DNA from: Candidatus Latescibacterota bacterium
GTDB lineage: Bacteria > Latescibacterota > UBA2968 > UBA8231
Direction of reading: 5' to 3'
Assembly (NCBI GenBank): GCA_965208105.1
Contig: OZ242318.1
Coordinates: 1,568,001 to 1,632,000, forward strand
Length of the DNA stretch: 64,000 bases
The notes beneath the pieces are model-generated. The model made no database searches and had not been told where the DNA came from. It saw nothing but the letters and a program-made list of their open reading frames with translations. The position numbers and the translations under genes are program-made. This document shows positions 57,186 through 64,000 of the stretch, in pieces; the stretch's first letter is position 1, and each line of letters begins with the position of its first letter.

Positions 57186-59948
57186 CTAGTGCGCCTCGAG
57201 CCAGTTTCTTCCGATGCCTACCTCGACCTCCACCGGCACGGTCAGGGGCAGGGAGCTGCGCATGCATTCCGCTATCAGTAGCGGCAGGGTGTCTTCCTCC
57301 GATTTGTGCAGGTCGAAGACCAGCTCGTCATGGACCTGGAGCAGCATCCTCGTCTTGCACTCCCTCGCCTTCAGCTCCCCGTGTATCCGGTTCATGGCCA
57401 GCTTGATCAGGTCGGCCGCGCTGCCCTGGATGCGCGAGTTTATCGCGTTGCGCTCCTCGCCGCGCTTGGTGGTGTGGTTGCGCGAGTTGATGTCGCGGAG
57501 GTAGCGCCTGCGGCCCGTCATGGTCTCCACGAAACCGTGCTCCTCGGCGAACTGGATGGTTTCCTCCATGTACTTGAGGGTGCCCGGATACTTGGCGAAG
57601 TACTGGTCGATCAGCTCCTGGGCATGGCCCCTGGGTATGTTGAGGCGCTCGGCCAGGCCGAAGGCGGAGATGCCGTAGATGATGCCGAAGTTCACCGTCT
57701 TGGCGCGGCGCCGCATCTCGTCGGTGACCCCCTCGTAATCCACCTCGAAGATCTTCATGGCCGTGGCCGAGTGGATGTCCTCGTTGCGCAGGAAGGTGGT
57801 CATCATGCCCTCGTCGCGGCTCAGCTCGGCGGCGATGCGCAGCTCGATCTGCGAATAGTCGGCGGCCATCAGCAGGTAATCGTCGCTGCGCGGCACGAAG
57901 GCCTTTCTGATCTGGCGCCCCATCTCGGTGCGCACCGGAATGGTCTGCAGATTGGGACCGTAGGACTGGATTCGTCCCGTGGCGATGACCGCCTGCTCGT
58001 AGGAGGTATGCACCCGCCCGGTCTTCTCGAACACCGAGTTCGGCAACTGGCTCACGTAGACGGAGTTGAGCTTGGTGCACATGCGGTAGTGCAGGATCTG
58101 CTCCACGATCTCGTGCCTCGGAGCCAGGCGGCGCAGCACCGCCTCGGCGGTGGAGTACTGCCCGGTCTTGGCGGTGCGCTTGGCGTTGGGATCGATCTTC
58201 AGCTTGTCGAAGAGGATGTGGCCGAGCTGCTTGGCGGAGTTGAAATCGACCGGCTCTCCGGCCAGCTCGGCGATGCGGTCCGACGACCGTTTGATCTCCT
58301 CGTCGAGAAAGGTGGACAGATGCTTCAGTTGGTCCACGTCCATGCGCACCCCTTCGAATTCCATCTCCACCAGGGCCGGCACCAGGGGGCACTCGATGGT
58401 GGCGAACACGGTCTCCTGACCCATCTCCTTGACCCGCGGGCGCAGCACCTCGGCCAGTTGCAGGGTGATGTCCGCGTCCTCGACCGCGTACTCCACCACC
58501 TGCTCGAGGGGGACCTCCTTGAGGGTGCCCTGGTCCTCGCCCTTTTCCCCGATGAGGCTGGTTATGGATATGGGGGTGTAGCCGAGCAGGGCCTGGGAGA
58601 GGTAGTCCATGGTGCGCCTGAGCTCGGGCACGGCCACGTAGGCGGCGAGCATGGTGTCGAAAATCCGGCAGGAAACGGTGAGCCCGTGCCAGCGCAGGAC
58701 CGACAGGTCGAACTTGATGTTGTGTCCTATGAGCTCCTTTTCGGGGTCGGCGAACAACGGGCGGAACTCGTCGATCAGGGCCATGACCCCATCGCGGTCC
58801 TCCGGCATGGGGACGTAGCAACCGGTGTGCGGTTTCAGGGAGAAGGCGAACCCCAGAATGTCGCAGGTCTTCTGGTCCAGGCTGGTGGTCTCCATGTCGA
58901 AGCAGAAGGACTGCGCGCGGGAGAGCTCTTTCAGCAGGTCGCGGCGGGACTCGGGCGTGTCGACACAGCGGTAATCGTGCTCGACGGTCGCGATGGTCTT
59001 GAGCTCATCGGAGGAGAACAGGTCCCCCTGGCTGGCGCCGATCTTCAACCGCGGCACGGCCGAGAAGTCGTCGCCGAAGAGCCGCTTGCCCAGGGTGTTG
59101 AACTCCAGCTCGACGAACAGCTTCTTCAGGTCCTCGTCGTTCATCTCCTTGACCGTCAGCGCATCGGGGGTCACCTCCAGGGGGACGTTGCGCTCGATGG
59201 TGACCAGTTCCTTCGACAGCAGCGCCAGCTCGCGGTTATCCTCGATCTTCTCCCGCTGCTTCCCCTTGAGCTGGTCGGTGTTGTCCAGCAGGTTCTCGAT
59301 GCTGCCGAACTGGGCGATGAGCTTGCGCGCGGTCTTCTCGCCTACCCCTGGAACCCCGGGCACGTTGTCGCTGGAGTCCCCCATCAGCCCCAGCATGTCG
59401 ATGACCTGATCGACCCTCTCGATCCCCCACTTCTCCAGTATCTGGTCCACCCCCATGGTCTCGAGGTTGTCTCCTGTATTGCCAGGCTTGCAGATGAACG
59501 AGTGCTCGGATACGAGCTGTCCGTAGTCCTTGTCCGGGGTCACCATGAAGGTGGTGAAGCCCGCCTCGTCGGCCTGTTTCGCCAGGGTGCCGATGACGTC
59601 GTCGGCCTCCCAGCCGGGGACGCGCAGGACCGGGATGTTGAACCCCTCGATGAGCCGGAACAGGTAGGGCAGCGCCGCGCCGAGGTCTTCCGGCATGGCC
59701 TCTCTCTGGGCTTTGTACTCGGCATACTTCTCGTGCCGGTGGGTGGGTTCCGGGGTGTCGAACACCGCGGCGATGTGGGTGGGTTCGTTCTTGTTGAGAA
59801 TGCCAAGGATGGTGTTGGCGAGGGCGAACACCATGGAGGCGTTCATTCCCGTCGACGTCATCCTCGGATTGCGCAGCAACCCGAAGTGGCCGCGATAGGC
59901 CAGGGCCATGCCATCCAGCAGGAAGAGAGTTTTTTGCGTTTCGGCCAT
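57186..59948 (-). CDS. polA: DNA polymerase I
   Basis: 5'-3' exonuclease (EADDVIGT, GDSSDNVPGVPGVGEKTA), 3'-5' exonuclease (DMET), motif A DYSQIELR, motif B RRRAKTVNFGIIYG and motif C VHDE. Confidence 0.97.
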   Translation of the reverse strand: MAETQKTLFLLDGMALAYRGHFGLLRNPRMTSTGMNASMVFALANTILGILNKNEPTHIAAVFDTPEPTHRHEKYAEYKAQREAMPEDLGAALPYLFRLIEGFNIPVLRVPGWEADDVIGTLAKQADEAGFTTFMVTPDKDYGQLVSEHSFICKPGNTGDNLETMGVDQILEKWGIERVDQVIDMLGLMGDSSDNVPGVPGVGEKTARKLIAQFGSIENLLDNTDQLKGKQREKIEDNRELALLSKELVTIERNVPLEVTPDALTVKEMNDEDLKKLFVELEFNTLGKRLFGDDFSAVPRLKIGASQGDLFSSDELKTIATVEHDYRCVDTPESRRDLLKELSRAQSFCFDMETTSLDQKTCDILGFAFSLKPHTGCYVPMPEDRDGVMALIDEFRPLFADPEKELIGHNIKFDLSVLRWHGLTVSCRIFDTMLAAYVAVPELRRTMDYLSQALLGYTPISITSLIGEKGEDQGTLKEVPLEQVVEYAVEDADITLQLAEVLRPRVKEMGQETVFATIECPLVPALVEMEFEGVRMDVDQLKHLSTFLDEEIKRSSDRIAELAGEPVDFNSAKQLGHILFDKLKIDPNAKRTAKTGQYSTAEAVLRRLAPRHEIVEQILHYRMCTKLNSVYVSQLPNSVFEKTGRVHTSYEQAVIATGRIQSYGPNLQTIPVRTEMGRQIRKAFVPRSDDYLLMAADYSQIELRIAAELSRDEGMMTTFLRNEDIHSATAMKIFEVDYEGVTDEMRRRAKTVNFGIIYGISAFGLAERLNIPRGHAQELIDQYFAKYPGTLKYMEETIQFAEEHGFVETMTGRRRYLRDINSRNHTTKRGEERNAINSRIQGSAADLIKLAMNRIHGELKARECKTRMLLQVHDELVFDLHKSEEDTLPLLIAECMRSSLPLTVPVEVEVGIGRNWLEAH

Positions 59949-60095
59949 GTGAAAGGACCTCCCGGTTTCGGAACCTCGCGCAGGCACCATGCGGTCCGCG
60001 CCGGCGGAGTGTATAGCCGGACCGCCGTTAAATAAGGCACTATTTACCGGTGCTCTGTCAAGGTGCTGGACGCGGGGCAGGTCCCGACGACCTTC

Positions 60096-62243
60096 TCACG
60101 GCGGCGCAGGAATCAGGTCCACCGCCTGCCCGCAGTCTATCAGGGAGGTATTGGTCATGTCGACGCTGCTGGTCTCGTGCATCTGCAGGCAGCTTTGCCC
60201 GCCCAGGATGGTGGCTCCGGACAAATCGGCCCTGCCGGCCCTACCCACCCGGATGCCGTACCAACCCCCGCCGGACGAAGCCCCGGCGGCGTCGGATGAA
60301 CGGAAGGTGACGCTCCCCGCCCCGGCGTCGAGGGCGCCCTCGACGATGAGCTCGGCACGGGCGCCGTCCACGCCGCCGCCGGTCTCGTCGCCGCCGGCGA
60401 AGGCCACCGTGGACCCAGGGGAGAGGGTCAGCTTCACCCCCGCGGGAACCGTCACGTCGCCTCTCAGGACCACGTGGTCGTCCCAGGGCTCGAGGCGGTA
60501 GAGCCTTCCCTCCCCCGGATCGAGGTAGGCGGAAAAGGAGGCGGAAAGGCCGTTGCTGGTGGCCACCATCTCACCGCTGCGGATGTCCTCGACCAAGTAG
60601 GAGTAGTCCGGACCGTTCAACTGCGACGGCTTCAGGGTGATGTCCACCCACCGGGGTGGGTCGGAAGGCCGGCAGCGGCGGTTGACCACCATCAGGTAGC
60701 GCGAGCTATCGTCATGGGTGAAGGCGCCCAGGTGGAAATCGGCCGGGTCGGAGAGGCCCTGCACGAAGGCTGAGGGGGCGTCGCCGGGAAAGACCGCGTC
60801 GGAGGTCAGGCGCAACAGGGTGTCGTCCAGTTCCTGCAGCATGGCGTTGAGGGACTGCACTTCGGTCCATTTGGGGGTGATCCCGTAGTTTTCGTCCACC
60901 AGGCCGTGAATATCGGCTGTCCTATCGTTATCTACAAAGCTGGAATACATGAAGTAGTAAATGCCGGTCACCCCGTGGGCCAGAGCCAGATAGACCTGCA
61001 CCCGGATCTCCTCGGGGGTCGGCTCGCGCAGGCCGAGGGGCCAGTCATGGGCCTGGACAACCGCCCACAGAGGTATGCCGGCCTCCTTGGCCACCTCGCG
61101 GGCGCGCCCATACCAGGTGACGTAACTGTCCAGGGCGCCCTGCAGGCGAGCCGCGTAGCCTGCCTGGCCGGGCTCGGGCACATACAGCCCGAAGGTGTAG
61201 AAATCAACCAGAAACTCCGAGGGAGCCACCGTGCCCACGAAGTGCTGCATGTAATCTTTGCGGGTCCGGTTGAAGGCCACCACGCCGGACTTGCCGGTGC
61301 GCGCCTTGATGATGTCGTTCACGTATGCCACGCTCTCGTCCTTTTCGGTCCACCGGGGCTCGTCGTCCAGGTAGAACCGCCAGGGGGGGTCCACCGGGTC
61401 GCCGTCGTAGGCGGCCAGGTCGTTCTCGATCCCGCGGTCGAAGTCACCGGCGAATAGCCTGTAGCCGTGAGTGTCGTGCGCCCTGATCTCGTCCACCCAT
61501 AAATTCCCCTCCCCGCTCCATTCGATCTGGTAGCGCACCCGGTCGCCGCCGGGGGGCACGAAATAGCGCAGGAGAAAGTCCTGGTAGGTATCGGGGGAGT
61601 GAAACTCCAGCTTGCGCACGTCGCGCGAGCGCAGCAAGGTTCCGTCGGAATGCCTGAGGATTCTCAGGGTGGCGATCCGGTCGAAGCCGCGATTGTCGTC
61701 CGTCTTCAGGCGGAAGACGTGAAGGCCGTATCGACCCCGGGTGGCGATTACCCGCCCCCGGCTGTTCACCTCCTGCTCCACGTAACGCAGGAAAATGGCC
61801 GCGCTCCACCTGGTGGAAGTGTCCAGCATGAGCCCCGGGGCGTGATCGGCCGTATTCACGTGCCAGGCGTCACCGTCCCGCACCCCGACAGGATGGATAA
61901 AGATATTCTCGTTCTCGGCTTCCAGGGTCTTGGTCCAATATCTCCGGCTCTCCGCCCGCCATCCAGGAGGGACATTCCAGCTGTACAATTGAACCTTGAG
62001 TCCCCGCTGGCGAGCCAGGTCCATGAAAACGCCATTGACGGAGGCATTGTTCCTGGTTTCAAGAGCGGCGTGAATGGTGTTGAAGTTGGCGGCGGCCACC
62101 TGGTCGAGCCGGGCGGCAAACTGCCCCGACTGGTTGTTGAACAGGCCAGGGAACCAGGCCCCGATGGGGAACTCCCCGGCGGGACTCGCACTGTGACCAA
62201 GAAGAAGGAAAGCCGAAGCCAGGAGGATACCGGCGGCGCCCAC
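60096..62243 (-). CDS. Secreted GH-A/beta-galactosidase-like TIM-barrel protein with a C-terminal beta-helix stub
   Basis: RBS GGAGG before GTG, signal peptide, and motifs YLDDEP, REPTPEEIRVQVYLALAHG..GI.YF and GDVTVPAG..WYGI. Confidence 0.55.
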   Translation of the reverse strand: MGAAGILLASAFLLLGHSASPAGEFPIGAWFPGLFNNQSGQFAARLDQVAAANFNTIHAALETRNNASVNGVFMDLARQRGLKVQLYSWNVPPGWRAESRRYWTKTLEAENENIFIHPVGVRDGDAWHVNTADHAPGLMLDTSTRWSAAIFLRYVEQEVNSRGRVIATRGRYGLHVFRLKTDDNRGFDRIATLRILRHSDGTLLRSRDVRKLEFHSPDTYQDFLLRYFVPPGGDRVRYQIEWSGEGNLWVDEIRAHDTHGYRLFAGDFDRGIENDLAAYDGDPVDPPWRFYLDDEPRWTEKDESVAYVNDIIKARTGKSGVVAFNRTRKDYMQHFVGTVAPSEFLVDFYTFGLYVPEPGQAGYAARLQGALDSYVTWYGRAREVAKEAGIPLWAVVQAHDWPLGLREPTPEEIRVQVYLALAHGVTGIYYFMYSSFVDNDRTADIHGLVDENYGITPKWTEVQSLNAMLQELDDTLLRLTSDAVFPGDAPSAFVQGLSDPADFHLGAFTHDDSSRYLMVVNRRCRPSDPPRWVDITLKPSQLNGPDYSYLVEDIRSGEMVATSNGLSASFSAYLDPGEGRLYRLEPWDDHVVLRGDVTVPAGVKLTLSPGSTVAFAGGDETGGGVDGARAELIVEGALDAGAGSVTFRSSDAAGASSGGGWYGIRVGRAGRADLSGATILGGQSCLQMHETSSVDMTNTSLIDCGQAVDLIPAPP

Positions 62244-62244
62244 C

Positions 62245-62661
62245 CTATTCCTCCATGTTGTCGAGGCCACCGCCGAACCGGGGCTCGGCAACGGTCGAGA
62301 TGCGCTCCTGCAGCGGAGTCCAGGGGACATCGCAGCAGGGGTCTCCTCCGGGGAGGTAGTCATGTGAACCGCCTCGAGTGGTTCTGGCGCTCCACCTGAA
62401 GAGGTAATACCCTCTTTCCTCGTCTTTCGGGGTGTCCCCGGGATTGCCCAGGGCGTCCCAGGGGACAGCCCCCTCCAGCCACTGGCCCGCAAGGGCGGCC
62501 TCCACCTCGTCCAGGTCTTCTCCCTCGCCTGGGCCGCTGCGGCCCCAGTCCCGCCAGTCGCCATCGACGGCGAAGCTCGAGGCATCCTGACCATGGGCAA
62601 CCCCGGTCCCACATCCCAACGCCAGGGCGCAATGCAAACCGATGCAGACCTTTCTCGCCAT
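62245..62661 (-). CDS. Small secreted hypothetical protein, possibly internally deleted
   Basis: Signal-like N-terminus; VDGDWRDW and E.AVPW..LG resemble DOMON/CBM9-like fragments. Confidence 0.4.
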   Translation of the reverse strand: MARKVCIGLHCALALGCGTGVAHGQDASSFAVDGDWRDWGRSGPGEGEDLDEVEAALAGQWLEGAVPWDALGNPGDTPKDEERGYYLFRWSARTTRGGSHDYLPGGDPCCDVPWTPLQERISTVAEPRFGGGLDNMEE

Positions 62662-62753
62662 CCGCACTACAGGACTCCTTGCCGAAAAATTTCGCTGCGC
62701 CGGCTCCGCCCCGATCATCTCCCGTTCAGGGAGCCGGCGAGCAGCCACCCGGT

Positions 62754-64000
62754 CTACTTGAGGTAGACCAGCCTCCGGGTCTGCACCCCGTCCGGGTAGC
62801 TCAGGCGGACGAGATAGATCCCCGCCGCCACCTCGGCGCCGCGGCGGTCGCGGCCGTTCCAGGATGCCTGGTAGGCGCCGGCGTCCTGGACCTGGTCCAC
62901 GAGCGTATCTACCGGCTGGCCGAGGACATTGTAGACCTCCAGCCGCACACGACCCGGGGAAGCCAGATCGTAGGCGATCAGGGTGCCGGAGTTGAACGGG
63001 TTGGGGGCGTTGGGATACAGCTCGCTGGCAGCCGGTCCCCGCCCCGCGGCCGCCTTGGCCGCCGCAAGCTGTTCCACCGCCACCACGCGCATGCCCCCAC
63101 CCAGGGTCAGCTCCAGGAACTGGCGCCGGCCGCTGTTGAGAGGGATGCTGTTCCACTCGCCCAGCACCAGGCCGTCGGCGCTGCGGGCGCGGGCGCGGTA
63201 ATAGCCGTTGACACCAGGAAAGAGGGTCAGGTCCAGGCGACCGGCCTCGCCGGTTGTGGCGCGCCAGGCGTAGTGGGGCCGGCGTCCGGAGATGGCGCGG
63301 GAAAATTCCACCGTCACACTTTCTCCCGCGGCGCCCGGGACCGCAGCCTCCACCTCCGTCCGCGGCGCAATGTCCCACAGCAGAGCGGTAAAGTACCTGC
63401 TCTCTCTCCCGCTCCTGCTGCTGCTGCCGCTGGCCAGGGTGCGGCCGTCCGGTGAAAAGGCCACCGAGGAGACCCAGCCCGTATGCCTGTTCAGGGTGAG
63501 AGCGGCCTCTAGCCGGCCGCTGTCCACATCCCACAGCCGGATGGCGTCCAGGTGAGCGCTGGCCAGGACCTTTCCGTCCGGGGAGAAGGTCACGGACCAT
63601 ACCCAGTCCCCGGCACCATATTCAGGGGGCCTCTCCAGGACCATTCCGGGTTTGCCCGTCTGCGCATCCCACAACCGCACCGCTCCGTCCCAGCCGGCGC
63701 TGGCCAGGGTGCGGCCGTCCGGGGAGAACGCCACCGACTCCACCCTGCCGTCATGCCCGTCCAGGATGATCCCGGGTTGGCCGCTGTCCACGTCCCACAA
63801 GTGGATGCGGTAGTCGCCTCCGCCTGAGGCCAGGGTGCGTCCGTCGGCGGAGAACGCCAGGGACTCGACCTCGCCCTCATGTCCCTCCAGAGCTGCCCTG
63901 AGCTGGCCGCCGGCCGCATCCCATATGCGGATCTCTCCTCCGCCGGCTCCGGCGAGGGTGCGCCCGTCCGGAGAGAACGCCACCGAGCGCACGAACCCCG
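62754..64000 (-). CDS. WD40-repeat protein with a C-terminal FlgD Ig-like domain (5'-partial)
   Basis: Repeats SVAFSPDGRTLAS..LWD; C-terminus NAPNPFN..YNVLGQ..WNGRD..GIY. Confidence 0.88.
   Translation of the reverse strand, partial: GFVRSVAFSPDGRTLAGAGGGEIRIWDAAGGQLRAALEGHEGEVESLAFSADGRTLASGGGDYRIHLWDVDSGQPGIILDGHDGRVESVAFSPDGRTLASAGWDGAVRLWDAQTGKPGMVLERPPEYGAGDWVWSVTFSPDGKVLASAHLDAIRLWDVDSGRLEAALTLNRHTGWVSSVAFSPDGRTLASGSSSRSGRESRYFTALLWDIAPRTEVEAAVPGAAGESVTVEFSRAISGRRPHYAWRATTGEAGRLDLTLFPGVNGYYRARARSADGLVLGEWNSIPLNSGRRQFLELTLGGGMRVVAVEQLAAAKAAAGRGPAASELYPNAPNPFNSGTLIAYDLASPGRVRLEVYNVLGQPVDTLVDQVQDAGAYQASWNGRDRRGAEVAAGIYLVRLSYPDGVQTRRLVYLK

Noticed and set aside
57306-60035. 909-aa ORF antisense to polA, and many similar long shadow ORFs (e.g. 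3054-4976, 19859-21562, 32944-34542)
   Set aside because: Expected from high-GC codon bias. They carry no motifs and overlap well-supported genes.
63400-64000. Roughly 126-nt periodic DNA repeats
   Set aside because: Fully explained by the WD40 coding repeats.

Overview
High-GC bacterial chromosomal segment with about 55 CDS and no rRNA, tRNA or CRISPR array. Its gene content includes polA, nudC, acoABC, three PhyH-like dioxygenases, BNR/sialidase-like propellers, ankyrin, WD40, collagen and HEAT repeat proteins, a FlgD-type C-terminal domain and 'SWG.(V/I)K' tails. That mix suggests, by inference only, a Latescibacterota/Handelsmanbacteria-like and possibly sponge-associated organism. The most unusual area is 24.0-30.0 kb, a rearranged locus built from short duplicated blocks. 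It contains two TA modules, each next to an identical MITE-containing block of about 230 bp, plus an allelic copy of an acyltransferase 3' end. It also contains a TlpA redoxin gene that carries the TA operon's promoter and first codons at its 5' end and the antitoxin's last 7 codons at its 3' end. Other points of note are three copies of a 162-bp IS630-type MITE, a lower-GC Fic gene preceded by eight helically phased repeats, a leader-peptide/terminator attenuator upstream of an ABC-F gene, and a three-gene thiocyanate-hydrolase-like nitrile hydratase cluster. All functional calls come from motif recognition by eye; no database searches were run.
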